A stretch of DNA of 64,000 nt from Dicyema japonicum (GCA_011109175.1 RDEW01000048.1:333445-397444), one strand, 5' to 3'; positions 1 through 13,117 are shown, counted from the stretch's first letter. The notes: a model not told the origin generated them from the sequence alone. Numbers and translations: made by a program.

Positions 1-204
1 ATTTCATCAATTAAAACAGACTGCTTCAGTTATGATTGATTAATTTTTTGGAATAGATTCTCAATGTCGACAGTATTAGGGAGTCCAGTACACTTTATAA
101 AATCTTTATTATTCAGTTTATGCTACAGAATGACAAAGACCTTAATACGTTATCCATGAGTCAGTAGATGAGTAAGAAATATTGTACAATTTGGACATCT
201 TTGA

Positions 205-350
205 AACATAAATAAAAATGTTGGTTTATATATTTGGATTTAATTCGATAAATAATATTTGGATAACATAAATAAAATGTTGGTTTATATATTTGGATTT
301 AATTCGATAAAATGTTGGTTTATATATTTGGATGTAATTCGATAAATAAT
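205..350. repeat. Three imperfect tandem copies of AAAATGTTGGTTTATATATTTGGAT(T/G)TAATTCGATAAA
   Basis: Copies start near 205, 265 and 309; read directly from the sequence. Confidence 0.9.
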
Positions 351-379
351 TGTATAAACTCCACATCACATTGTTAGTT

Positions 380-640
380 ACAATAATTTGAATATTTTCC
401 CTCCTCACGACTGTCATGAAGGCTATCCAAGACCCCAAGTTTACTTGCTTTTGGAATCCGCCTCATTTGTAGAGGTGATGATAAGAAGCGAGATGACGTA
501 ACGACCACGAATATGGAGCCAAGTGAGGTTTCTTGTTTGGGATTCAACGTGCATGGATAATTTCTCAAACACGAATCTGTTGGAGTCATCGTCGTTCGTG
601 GGTTCCGCAGCGAATACTGTTGAAAATTCCAAAAGGAGAA
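380..640 (-). mobile_element. Degenerate RTE-like APE endonuclease fragment
   Basis: ORF 441..632 (LTWLHIRGRYVISLLIITSTNEADSKSK) resembles the APE strand before the YAPT motif. A second APE-like scrap (FIVGNWNSKVR, cf. GDFNAKVG) lies on + at about 880-960. Confidence 0.35.
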
Positions 641-1186
641 AATACCGTAGTCTAAATTTTATAGTAATAAAAGTATAAAACCCAATATTTTTGTTGAGGC
701 GGTGAACTAAGAAAATAAGAATTTTCTCTTATGATTCAATACAAATTTTTTCCTAAAAACGAAATTATGACTGTTCACAAAAAAAAATACTGGAGGATCA
801 ATGATAAGATCTGCATAATGAAATTTTAATCGAATGATGGGAGCAATCTGTAACCTCAAAATACCATGAAGAGGTCTCTATTTTAGACAGAGTTGTCAAC
901 TACCTTGGATTTCGTACCGTTTTCATAGTTGGAAATTGGAATTCGAAAGTGAGAAGACGATCCAAGGTGAAATTTTGAATAAGTCATGAAAATCCTTAGC
1001 ATAATTCTCTTTGATTAATCTATTTTTGTGTAGTATTGTTTTATCCACTTCATGACATATGGATGGACTTAATAATTTATCGGTGATTAAAGTGCTCACA
1101 AAATTGAAAACGTTTTTGTAAGAAAATTGTTTATATTAAATGATTATAATAATTATTTAATAAAAATTAGTAACCAAGGAATAGTA

Positions 1187-2671
1187 ATGTCTCAATGTAT
1201 TTGTGAAATTTGTACTTGTGGGTTAATAATATACAATTACTTGTAGTCGCCATGCATGTAAGCATGAACATAGAACTCCAAAGGGAGATATTGGTCATTC
1301 AATGTATACAGAAACATATAAAACCCCCAACTACAAAAGACAACCTGCTGCAAGCCACCACCAACAGTAAACGTATCCTCAGAACCTTTGGAATCAATGA
1401 CTACTCACAAGTATGTATAACTAAAAACCATAGAACTGACTATATAAAACATGCAATGAGTAGTAGACACGTGATTCCTAAGAAAGAGGGTGAATATGAG
1501 ATCCCAAGGCAACCATTCGAAAAGATGACGGGTTACCAACAGGACTATAGACGTATGATATGTGATTAATTGTAGGATTCCGTGGAGAAAAGACAAAGTC
1601 AATGAAACCGTTGAATATTTACAAAAGTGGTGGTGAGTTTAAGGGAACCTCAAATTATAAAAGTAATATGAATATGTCATATTAGATGATTATGTGCAGT
1701 GGAATATAGAAAAGAGGAAACCAATAGAAGATGCTTATTCGTGGAACAACCATCACCAACCATTTGAAAAATATACTACTCATCAATTGGATTATGTCTC
1801 CAAACCCATTTCTATTAGAGATAATTACAAACCATCTGCACATGCCTCCACATCCACTGATCCACTCAGCAGTAATACTGATTACAGGTATTCACTACAC
1901 ATTATTGAGGTCCAACTACACAAAACATCAAATTGCTCCCAAATTTATAAGACAATCTCATGAATATGTCCCCAATCCTACACCATTTGAAGGATTTACT
2001 ACAACTGGATTGGATTTTATTAATAAAAACTCAAAACCTGCACAAAGTTGTAAACCAGACAACAAAGTATATTACTGAACACTATTCAGGCATTCACGTC
2101 ATCAGAACCATTCGCAGGGACAACCACCTTCACTAACGATTACAGAAAGTGGCCTTTGAACATACAAGTAGTAAGGGAGACACACGAATACCAACCTCCC
2201 ACAACTCTTATGAACTTCAATACAGTCTATAATAATGATTACAGGTATATTTACATCACACATTGTAGAGGACTAAATGCCCCTCCTCTTAAGGCTATTA
2301 AAAATGAGACAACTCGCAAAGAGTTACCACCATTTGAAGGACTATCAAACTACACTCAAAACTATCGTAGATGGTCTCTAGTTAAGGAACCGGTTATTTC
2401 TAATAATGACACATCTTTGCCTTCTCCACCATTTGTCGGTGTATCTAACTATCAGGAAAACTACCGACAACACAAAATGAAGCCAATAGATATAAATAAA
2501 CCAAAGACACAAGTCCACACAACGTCCTCTCCATTTGATGGTACTACAATGTACAGATCTGAGTATTTCCCTCGGAAAATAGAGTCATGCAAAGCCTGTG
2601 CTTACATAAACTTAACATCAAATGATGAACGTGGGGGACATCAATATTATAGAGTTGGGGATAATAAATAA
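1187..2671 (+). CDS. SAXO1: Stabilizer of axonemal microtubules (SAXO/FAM154 family), 8 exons
   Basis: Starts MSQCICEICTCG|RHACKH (FAM154 N-terminal Cys motif). Repeated P-F-x-G-x-T-T-x-x-x-D-Y modules. Seven 22-25 nt GT-AG introns (first 1222-1246). Needs one extra A at 1320-1323. Paralog (SAXO1 vs SAXO2) not resolved. Confidence 0.88.
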
Positions 2672-2809
2672 TTATATTTAACGATAACTAACATTTAAGT
2701 ACTTTTACCCCCTAATAATTAACTTATTGATTATATTGGCTTTTAATACTAAAGGTCACTTAACCAGATTTGTAAACTCTATATAAACCGACTGCCAAGG
2801 GACTGCTAA

Positions 2810-5690
2810 ATTAATATTAATTCCAAAGACCACTGTTAAACCGAAAAACTAAACTAACTGATACCGACGAATTGGATCAAGGCTCTCATCTTTGCTCGGT
2901 GTTGATCCCTTGAGCCTACACAAGTTCGTTGCGGGCGAGCACTTTTTTGGCATTGGTGTCCATTTTTGTTTTTTAAGATTAGTTTCTCCATGGGCGTCGG
3001 TGCTTTGATGTTTTTCCCTGTATACCATCTCTCGGTTAGTTTGAAGGCCCTTTTTTGGGTTGCGGAGATTTTCTGGATCTTCGTATAAAATGCCAGTGGT
3101 CCCCATGAAGTACACGCATATGAAATGCATGGTTCGATGTACTGTGAGTAGAGCGTTTTAAGCATAGGGTGATGTCCAAGTTTCCATAGACCTGTTAGGC
3201 ACTTCAGAAGGTTGATTTTCTTCTCACATTTGTTCAGCACGTTAGTGACGTGTCTCGTAAGTACATGTGCGTATCAAAGTCGAATCCAATATTTTTTGCC
3301 ATTTGCTGAACGGCAATGCTCTTCCCTCCGCAGTAACTTCTATTGTCTGTTCGTCAATCTTTTGTTTGAGGTATAGAGAGTTGTAACAGATTTTTCGGTA
3401 TTGATTGACATCCGATTTTCATTAAACCACTCGAGTAGTCGACTTATGTGGTGTTGTATTCTTTCCGTCGCTGTTTGGGTGTTCTGATCCCGTGAGGCTA
3501 AGACGATATCGTCTGCATAAGCCAGAAGCAGGTCGACTTCTCCATTCAGCGTCGGAATGTCAGCTGTAAATAAGTTGAATAGGAATGGTGATAACGGCGA
3601 GCCATGAGGTACTCCATTTGGGAATAAACGGGAGACAGAATTAATGTTTCCAATGCACACTCTACCTCTCCGTCCACTAAGGAAGTTAGTCAGTCAGCGT
3701 TTGAGGTTGTCGGGGATATCTGATTTGTAGATTTTCCATGTTAGATTCTTCCTTTGCACAGAGCCGAAAGCTTTGTGGACATCTAGTGAGCATAACACAG
3801 TTTTCTGGTGTCTTGGCTTGTACAGAAATCCAGAGCGAATAAAGTTAGTCAGGGATGTGAGTAAGCTTGATGTGGACCGATCCTTTTTGAAACCATGCTG
3901 GAACGGTTTATCGGAAGTCCTTTCAGTGACTTTTGTGAGGATAAGCTTTTCCAGAATTTTTGACATGGAGCATAAGAGAGAAATAGGCCTGAAGGAAGCT
4001 GGGTCTTCTTTCGGTTTTCCTGGCTTCAATACAGGGCGAATGTTTGCAAGTTTCCATATCGTTGGGATTGAGTTATAATAAATCGACCAGTTGTAGATTT
4101 TGGTCAGAGTACCGATTTCCTCATTGCCTAGGTTTTTCAGGAGGATTATGGGAATTCCGTCTGGACCATGAGAATGTGTTACTTTTGTTTGGCTTAGGGA
4201 TGCCATTACCTCCTTTTCCGTGAAATAAGTTAATTGATCCCTTTTCGGTTTTCTTAGCGGCGGTTTGGGTGGGTCAGTCTAATGTGGTTTTTGTGAGAGA
4301 TTTTCGCATAGTATTTTATTAGGGCGTTTAGGTCCTTTTGGCTGAATTCGTCATTTCCGGGTGTCCTCTCATCCACCTTTGAGATATTTCGAATCGTCTT
4401 CCAGACTACGGATGTTGACCGGTTACGATTTAATGACGTAAGGACCATCTTCCATTTAGCTCTCTGTATTTTGAATTCATTGGCTTTTATTTCTTGTTCA
4501 GCACTTTTAGACGGATCCTTGCTTCGGAGGAACGGATCTGCTTTTTTGAGACGGTTTCGTTCCTTGACCAGAGCCTTCTTTCCGTAGTCTCTCGTGTAAA
4601 CGACATATCTTTTAGGGACAGCCATTGTTTTTGCTTCCAGGATGACTTTGTTGACGTAGGCAACCACTATATTAAGGGAAGTAAAGTTTTCCAGCTGTAT
4701 GTTAGCCAAATGTTGGTAACTGATCGGAATAATTGCCAATTTGCAAGATTGTATATGCAGGTTTCTTCTTTCCACTGGTAATTTCGCTTTTGATTTTTAG
4801 CAGAATAGGGTTATGGTCACTTTGGGTGTCGTAGATGATAGACCAATTAATCGTTGTTGAAAGCTGTGGTGAACAGAGTGTGATATCTGGGGAGGTTGGA
4901 TTGTCAGAGTTCCTTTGAGGTGTTTTTTGATGGGTCATTGTCAGACTGCGACAACAGCAAATTTCCTCTTGTATCTGCAGACTGATTTAACAGCCAGAGA
5001 GGGTGTTTGGCATTCAAATCGCCGCATATCACAACTTCGTTCCAAATCTCCAGTGCTGATAAGTCCGGCATAGTGTAATGTTTCGGACATGAGCCTGGAG
5101 GCGGAATATACATGTTTACAAAATATAGTCTTCTTTTTGTTGTGCCAACAGATATTCCGATTGTCTCCGTGGTTTCATCACTTCCCAAAAGTTTCTTCGC
5201 TTCGAGTGTCTAGTCCTCACACTTTATGCCTTTTCTGATGAATGTAAGTAGTCCTCCTCCACGTTTCTTAATGCGATCGGCACGTATTATGTTATATCCG
5301 GGAAAGAGGGGCGTAGTATCTTTTGCTGATAACTCCGATTCTTGGATGAGCACAATGTCAGCTTTAAGTTTAACAATCAGAGTTCTAAGTTCAATAATTT
5401 TGCCTTTTATTCCGTTCACATTCAGTTGTATAACGGAGATCCGGTCTTTTGACTTGTGTAGGTTGCGAATCCGAGAAGCTGTAGCCAGACCAGTAATCCG
5501 TCGACCGGGAGCGACATGTACCCCGGTGGAAGAGAGCTGATGGCTTTTTTGGAAATGTTTTAGGAGCATTTTGACCGCCTCCAGAATTGTTGCATCCGGT
5601 GAACCACATGACTCCACGCTAATATCTTGTGGACGGTTGCGATTCCAAGGTAATGAGAATCTCCGTTCACTAAATTCTCTTCGATTAAAA
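2810..5690 (-). mobile_element. Near full-length (~2.9 kb) single-ORF APE-RT non-LTR retrotransposon (Ingi/Vingi/I-group-like), frameshifted
   Basis: APE: IQLNVNG, IVLIQES, NMYIPP, CGDLNAKH, SPDITL. RT: GPDGI, FRPISLLCSMSKILEK, QHGFKK, GVPHGSPLSPFLFN, AYADD. No ORF1 upstream. Confidence 0.92.
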
Positions 5691-5734
5691 TATAAAATAA
5701 AAAAAAGACATAATAATAAATAATTTAAATAATA

Positions 5735-6222
5735 ATGAAAGTAATTACTAGAGTGGGTAACCTTATATATTAAAAGTAGGGTTGTGGACTTCCAACATAC
5801 TAAAAGATTATAAAAATTCACTATTAGAGACAAGTGAGGATATTAAAAGGAGACCAATTTATTCACTGACAATATTAGGAGGACTTATTATTTTAACTAA
5901 ACTAATATCATCACGACCAGACTCATCCTCCTTTATTGATAATGTGGTACAACAAACAAACCTAATAAACTCTATTCCTTCATCACAACAAAATGACCAA
6001 TGTAAGGATGCACTCAACCACATAAACCACCTCATTGCCACTGATTCCCTTCTTTTTATTAACATGGGACTCTTTACTCTTGTATGGGAAGGGTCATACA
6101 ACAACAAACTGAGGACATTCAAGTCCACGTGGGATAATAGTAAGGAGAGATTCATTGATATGGGTGTTGTCGGCTATTGGCCACTACTTAACTATAAAAT
6201 GATAGATTATGACATTAAATAA
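5735..6222 (+). CDS. TIMM29: Mitochondrial TIM22-complex subunit Tim29
   Basis: MKVITRV|GLWTSNILKDY with a 23-nt intron (5757-5779). NMGLFTLVWEGSY and RFIDMGVVGYWPLLNYKMIDYDI match the Tim29 motifs NLGLCSLVYEAPF and RVLDVGFVGRW..L...M.D.DI recalled from the human protein. Confidence 0.8.
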
Positions 6223-6379
6223 AGACACGTGGGTTCAGTTAATTTTACTTTTTAATTTATCATAGAAAATAATAGCAACTTCCTGGGGGGGTTTAAGGAA
6301 TAATTTTATGTTAGTTGCTGGGACATACTGATTTGTGGGGCTGTTTAAATGCCATAATGCTATTTATTTTAAAACCAAG

Positions 6380-6600
6380 AATTACCGACAAAAAAAACAG
6401 AGTGAGGGCCGTCAGGTGATCCCGGTCTCCTTAAGCAGCCGCCTCATCCTTTCTAGGTGTTCCTCCGAGAGCCGACACACTTTCTGTATAGATGAATCAC
6501 TTTTCGGTAATTTTGAGGTTTCAATGGGGCTCCAGTTCTCCTCACTTGATAAATATCGTCGATGCAAATTGCTTCATAAGGATATTTGAATATTAAGATT
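6380..6600 (-). mobile_element. 3' terminal fragment of an APE-type LINE
   Basis: Ends ...RMRRLLKETGIT-stop (GGGATCACCTGA), the C-terminal motif shared by other LINE ends in the window. Confidence 0.55.
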
Positions 6601-7184
6601 TAGAATAATTGATAATCCCCATATCAAGGGGTTTAAGAATAGCTGTTGTATTTTTTTGGAAGTTTGAGGAAAGTAAGATTTAAATAATTTTGACAAATGT
6701 GACAAACAGAATTATCAAAAATTAAGATTTGTCGATTCTGTAAGAACATTTCATTATTAATTCTTTTTAACCAATTTCTGAAAGATCACTATTCATCCAT
6801 GCAGTCTATCAGAGCCACGATGGCAATGTTTTAATTCCGGAAACTGAAATTCCATCTTGCCTCAGGTTTCAGGTGCCCTAACCCGGAGTTTTATTGTGTA
6901 ACAAAAAATATATAGAATGATTGATTGTTCTCTATGCAATAAAAAAATTAATCCATAAAAGAAATTTACAGTCAATATCCATCACTTTCATTTAAACATC
7001 AACGAAGCTTGAGTATTGTCTTTATTTTTAAATTTTAGATTAAAAATTTTCTATTCAATCCAAGTTAGTAGCAACTGAGAACTTGACCCCTTTAAATTGT
7101 GGAAGACCCAACAGAAGTAATAGAGTAATGATTTGTAATATTTTAACTATTAAGAAATAATACAATGAAACACCAATATTAAAG

Positions 7185-7560
7185 TTAATTAGCAGCCACT
7201 TCCTTAGGCTTTTTAATGGAAGAACAAGTTTCTTAACAATTTTGTGTTCTTCAATGAAGAATGCCCGTTTTATGGTATTCTTGACACACTTGTGGCATCT
7301 ATTCCCACCATATATGCGAGTGACTGTCTTGGCCTTCATTGGGAGACGGGACTTCATGGCTGGGCGTGCAGGAGTTATTCCTTTCATTTCTCTTTGCAAA
7401 TAGCACACTTTACTACTGACTTTCTCTTCTTTAAGTACTGTACAGTAAGGCGACCACCAGGAGTACGTATTCTATAATTATTTTTATAATTAATACATCT
7501 TCTTTCTGTTTGATTTGTGTTGTATGGCTTTTTACGGGTTAATTGAACTCGCTGAACCAT
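7185..7560 (-). CDS. RPL34: 60S ribosomal protein L34 (eL34)
   Basis: MVQRVQLTRKKPYNT..., IRTPGGRLTVQYLKK, YGGNRCHKCVKNTIKRAFFIEEHKIVKK. One tiny intron. Three single-A frame corrections needed (plus-strand T-runs at 7514-7516, 7387-7389, 7210-7214). Confidence 0.93.
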
Positions 7561-7639
7561 TCACACTAACAACACGTGGCTATTTAAATATTTATTTAAT
7601 TTAAAATTATATTAATTGAATAAAAATTTATTAAAAAAA

Positions 7640-9700
7640 TCTCTGTTTCTCTTCTTTCCTTGAACACTTGAGTCTATCATAGAGGCAACTGGAGGCAATT
7701 TCAGAAGAGGAGAGAAAAAAACCCCCGTCCGTATAGAAAATGTGTGGGGTCACGGTCAAAGCATCGAGAAAAGATGGCCCAATTATTGAGAGATGCCGGG
7801 ATCACCTGAAAATTAGTTAGTGGCTAAGACGGTGTTTCTTTGGCTTAAATGATAATAATAAGGAATTTTCGATGTTGTTCACCTTCACGGAGAAAATGGG
7901 ATACCAGTTTCAATCTGGCAACTAAAGAACTAAAATTACTCCCGTGTCAACCTGTTCAACATCTTCTGGAAGTCAGACTGGATGATAGCGGCTATTGAGC
8001 GGGCGCCTAGCTTTCGTCCTCAAAGATCGGATTGGCTAATCCTAATCCTCGCTGGGGACATCGAACAGAATACCGGGCACCATAAGAATGGTAAATTCCT
8101 CAATGTCATGCAATTTAACATAAACGGCTTTACACACGAATCCACTGAACTTTTGCATTTCTCTCATCCACAAAATCAATATTTCTCTCTTAGAAACGAA
8201 ACTATTCAGAATATCAATTCTTCCTTACTTCAAAATATCCTCTGTGACCGACCTAATTCAAACATGGGAGGCGGTGTAATCATCCTTATACACTAGTCTA
8301 TTTTTGTGATACTTCTACTCGGACACAAGCTCCGATTGAACTATAACATTGAACTTCCATCCTTGTCAAAATAAACCACACACCGTACACATTCGTAAAT
8401 ATTTACATCCACCACTTCATCCAGTATATAACAATATTCTCTTCAAATTGGCTGGATTACAAACGATATCATATTTTGCAGTTACCTAAGCACCAAAGAT
8501 CCACTTTGGCTAATTGGTTAAAATGGCAATGAGAGGGGAGATCTTATCTCAATTTGAAAACTAGTTATCCTCAATGAAAAAAATCACTCACTTAAACAAC
8601 TTCCAGAGTTGGACACTCCATACCTCACTCTATGTTTTCCATCGCTATCTTCGACGATATGACCATAATCGAATTCTTCTGTCAATCGAACTATTGTTAG
8701 TCACCGAAAAACCATAATTAATTACAAACGTGCAAAATGGGATTCATTCCACGAAGAAACTGAAAAATTGCTATCCGACTATTTCATTGAGTATTTCAAA
8801 TCGCTTGACACCGCAGTGAAATTTTTTAATGTGCCGACAAGAAACACATTCCAAAAGGACTCATTGCAGACTATAATCACAAATTTTCTAGGAAATTATC
8901 AAAAAGATTCATAAAGACGCCGACTTAAAAATCAATATTTTCTACGGCCAAACTGTCCAACCTTAGTAATGAAATTAGAGAGTTAACTTTATAACCAAAA
9001 TTAACTACCGAATAAAACTAAAGGATTTATGGGGGACTTTACGTGGAATTCGAGACAAAATAGAATGGACACAACCCACGCCACCGGTATTGACAAGAAT
9101 CAAACACCACGTGATTTCGCACATCATGCAGATATAATAATGGACCATTGCGCAAAAGTGAGTCCATCAACATGAACGAATGCTTCCGTCCATGCAAATT
9201 TAGAAGCGTACAAATGCCTCAAGAAAACCGATTGTAATCAGACTGATCTTGGAAACCTGTAAAAAACGCCAAAAACTCTCCTGCCAAAAAGTTTGATAAA
9301 ATCGCATATACAGCTCCTGGGAATCCAGTGACTTAAATCAATTACAAATACAACAACTGCCGAATTCCTGCACTATGAAAAAATCCAAACAATCCCAATT
9401 CTGATGCCCAAGAAAGATCCTTCGGATCCAGGATCTTTCAGACCGATTTCACTACTACCTGTAGTATCGAAAATTGTTGAACGTATTAAAGCTAATATCA
9501 GAGCATCTTCCCTTCCCAGATTCTCAAACATGGACGGAAATATTCAACAACACATAGCCTAATATATCACTGATGGTTACAACAATTAATATCCTCACAA
9601 ATGTGCAACCTCTACAAGTTGACAACAAATCACCTATTTTAATGTCATGAATTAACATAATATTCCTCAACAATACAAGGACTAATCAATCTATGGGAGT
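7640..9700 (+). mobile_element. Highly degenerate APE-RT LINE preceded by a LINE 3' scrap
   Basis: GGGATCACCTGA end motif at ~7798. 2A-like LILILAGDIEQNTGH, then MQFNING and GGGVIILIH (APE). RT scrap KKDPSDPGSFRPISLLPVVSKIVERI at ~9400-9490. Confidence 0.75.
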
Positions 9701-9990
9701 GACCTGCATTTGATGCGTCTTATTAAATAGCTTTTGGCCTCCTACAAGTTTAGTGAGTTACTTAACTAACTAATGGAGTGGTGTAATGTTATTTACCTGT
9801 CTTAGACCTCCCAGTGCTAGGATTGCATTACAAGTATCATTTGCTCTCCTCTACCTCATTGGAAAGTTTTCTAAAAATTGTAAAAAATAACTTTTTCGTA
9901 AGAATTAGTAAAATTGTGTATTTTATCAGTCATCTTTTATTCAGAAATGTCGGTTTATGTTTAATAAGCAAAATATTGACTCATAAACCA

Positions 9991-10002
9991 ACCTCATTTA
10001 TT
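9991..10002. repeat. Target-site duplication ACCTCATTTATT (3'-side copy of the CRE-like element)
   Basis: Identical 12-mer at 12570-12581. Confidence 0.8.
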
Positions 10003-12569
10003 TTTTTAAACAATAACAATTTATTGAAGAATAAAACTAAATAGTTAAAGGCTACTGGCTGCTCTCAGGATTGAGAGCGCATTTCCCCTTACGATCTGTA
10101 AGGAGATGCGCTCAATGAGCCAGCCCTTCTCTCTGACATCCCTCCTCCTTTTAGCGACTAACGATCCAATTTTGTTGAGCAGGGCTAACGACCTGCTTCC
10201 TATGACTCCCGAAGTTTCGACTGCGACTGGTTCAAATGTGTACTGTTCGCCGAGGCATGTGTACTTCTTTGCTTTAAGTATTTCTGCTTTCTCTGCAGCT
10301 GAGCCTGGATTTGTCGCACTCATTGTAATATTGGAAGGGGAGAAGCTATCTACGCAGGTGGGCATCCCAGGCCAGGTACTTCCCAGCATCCCACGGGAAC
10401 AGAGTCATTGGTTCAGTGTCCGATCCGTTAATGTAGCGTAGGATCTGGTGAACTAGACCACGGGAAGCATATGTCGAAGACAGAAAGGCTGGAAGGGCGA
10501 GTTCAAGTGGCGAGCGTATCTCAATTCCTCCATAACGAAGTGGTAACTTGCATTGGGTCCACCCTGTTTTATCCAGAGAGATGTTAAGTGTTTCTTCAAC
10601 AGAGGTCCTCAGCTTCTCATCGATAACTCTCAAGAAATCCATGTCTGTGAAACATGGGGATGTCCGTAGAAAAAAAAGAAGTCGTGGTGAAAATTCTTGA
10701 GGATGAAGAGAGAAATGTGGTGTAAGGTGAAAATTCTTGAGGATGAAGAGAGAAATGTGGGAGTCCAAAGCTTTTAGATTGTGCGTGAGCAGCTGTACGG
10801 ATTCACTCTTCTCCTCCAGGACAGTTGACATGTCATACAGAGGAGATCCGAGGAAAATTGCCTTTTCTAGTCGGGTGACTTTGATGTCCTGGAGGCAAGT
10901 AGAAATGGTCGTTATTGCGCGTTCTAAGGTGTCCTCTCCACAGGTCACGTTAATAACTTTGCACATCGATGGATACGGCTCCAGTCGAGTGCCGCGAGGG
11001 CAGGGATGACGCGTTTAACCTCTTCCACGACAATTTCCCAAACTCCCTCCAATGGTCGCGTCATCAAGGTACCATAAGTTCAAGGAAGTTTTGATCGCAG
11101 ATGATACACAGTTGATACCCAAAGCAAAGAGTAAAGGGCCAAGTGGGTCTCCTTGTTGGACTCCAGTCTTGGACTTGATGGCGTGTTGTCCGAAGATCAG
11201 CGTACACGGGGAACCATATGAGAGTCTGACCATCCTGCTGATCTCATAAATCCTGAGACACTATCTTCTATGATTCTATCTTCGGATGCTATTGAATGCA
11301 TTACGTATGTCCAGTTTGACTATAATTGAATCCTGCGCGTCAGGAGGGCTGGCAACAAAATTCCGGATTGAATGTATTACTGCATCACATCCATTAGGTA
11401 CTCCAACTCCGAGTTGGACAGGACTAAGTTCGGCACTCAAAGTCTTGCTGGCTGCTCTGGCAGCGATCTTCGACGATAGGCGCCTAAGGACGTTACCAAT
11501 GGCGATGGGTCTTATCCCGCCGCAAGGATTCTTGAAGGCTACCAACCTCGAAGCGAAGAGGAGTTCTCAAGCATACTCCGAGATATCTGCCCGAAGAACG
11601 TGGTTCGTAAGAGCATTCAATGAGACGATGAGGGAGTCCCCTGTGTCGACGGTTGTTACAGAGGTGAGGTCTTTTATGTGGCTTGGGGCGTAGCCCGTCC
11701 AGACCGGCGCCGCTGCTTCCAGGGAATGCACGAATAGCCCATTTAATATCATCAGAGGTGCCATTTAGTTGTGGGACATCCTTTTGAATTTCGTGTCACG
11801 TAGATCAGCTGGTGCGGGCGGAAATTTCTGGACTAACTGGTCTAAAATTTCTTTTCTTGGTGAAAGAACCTTGTCGCTGCTGAAGAGTGTACGTAGGACT
11901 CCCCGAATGTCCCCGACCATGATCTTCTTGTTTATTTCTCTGCGAAAATCCCTTTTCTTGGTTCTGGATGAAGAGGGTGAGTCAACAGCAGTCGAAATGC
12001 TTTCCAGTGTATCCGCCAGGTTGATACTTTCGTATTTAGAAACGTTTTTTTTGATGATTGACTTGACATTCCGTCCTTCAGTTCGGTCGGATGTGATCCG
12101 AGGACAAGAGGTGCAAAGCAGAGAAGGCGCATCCAAGCTTCTTGGGTGTTGTCACTGACTGCTTTGGTGATTAGTTTTGAGAGACACGTGGTAGCTGCTA
12201 GGCGACTTTGGGATTCTGAGTGGGATAACCCTCTCTGATACAAGCCGGTTCAGGCGCGTAAACATTCGTCCGTGTTAGATAGGTCCAGGACTGAACCAGA
12301 GAGCGGTTCCTTTTGCCTTGTGGGGTTCCCAAGAGATGTGGGGCATGACCAACTTGGGAGACACTGAGCAGTCCGTCTTGTCAGCTTGTTGCACCCAAGG
12401 TGTCCAAAATTTGGGCAACGGGAACATTGGATACTATATTTCCTCTTGTTTGCCTCTCCACAGATAATGCAGGGGATAGACGTGCGAGAAATATGCTTTT
12501 GGGTTTCGGTGTTGGTTTCGGATCGTTTTCCATTGTCATGTTCAATCCAAAAAGTAGAACGGCCAATAC
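10003..12569 (-). mobile_element. CRE-clade-like (RLE endonuclease) non-LTR retrotransposon, internally deleted, with an N-terminal PHD finger
   Basis: GGIRPIAIGNVLRRL, QLGVG, KLDIRNAFN, GVQQGDPLGPLLF, WYLDD (RT). PW..GKYLAWDAT, KY, FEPVAVETSG, ISLQIVRGNA (RLE). CIIC..CSRC..H..C..W.C PHD pattern. Short A tail and a 12-bp TSD. Confidence 0.88.
10686..10760. repeat. Local tandem duplication (period 40) inside the CRE-like element
   Basis: GGTGAAAATTCTTGAGGATGAAGAGAGAAATGTGG occurs at 10686 and 10726. Confidence 0.9.
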
Positions 12570-12581
12570 ACCTCATTTATT
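12570..12581. repeat. Target-site duplication ACCTCATTTATT (5'-side copy of the CRE-like element)
   Basis: Identical 12-mer at 9991-10002. Confidence 0.8.
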
Positions 12582-13117
12582 ATATGTCACAATTATAGTT
12601 ACTCACATGGCTGTTGTGTCAACAAAAGTGGTCCTTTATAGTTGGGAGTGTCTTAATGTGATTTGTTGGAGGGAATGGCCACTGCCTTTTACCAGTTGGT
12701 TCTGACCTATTTTGTTCTCGTTTGACTTTATGCCAAATAAAATTATGTAGTGAAGGATATTCACAATTATGTTGTAGAAGTGTATTCGACACTATTTCCT
12801 TAAATTAATAAATCCTGTCGATTTCCCACTATTTCCTTGAAAAGTAGAGTTTCCGTTAAAAATTCGAGGATTCGAGAATTTTTAAAACGTGTCATTTATT
12901 AATTTTATATTTATAAACGTGTCGTTGTTGTTAGTGATGAGACGTAAAATATTGAAAAATTAGAAATCATGAAATTTATGCAGCAAAATAAGGGATTTAA
13001 TAATTTCCTTAGTATTTTCAAGAATGGATAAATAACAGATTCCTGATTGAGAATTGAAAAGGATATTGTTCGTAATCGGAGAATGAATGACTTGTAAAAG
13101 AAGTAAAAAAGTGATAA

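Noticed and set aside
205-350. Short repeats with intervening sequence resembling a CRISPR array
   Set aside because: Only three A/T-rich units with irregular or absent spacers in a eukaryotic context; an ordinary slippage duplication.
5210-5833. 207-aa ORF as a single gene
   Set aside because: Chimeric: its first ~50 codons are the antisense of TIMM29 and its A/T block; the rest is LINE APE.
1320-7520. A-specific insertional editing or a Euplotes-like programmed frameshift
   Set aside because: Initially suggested by A-run cases in SAXO and RPL34, but T-run, G-run and splice-acceptor cases elsewhere favour generic deletion errors.
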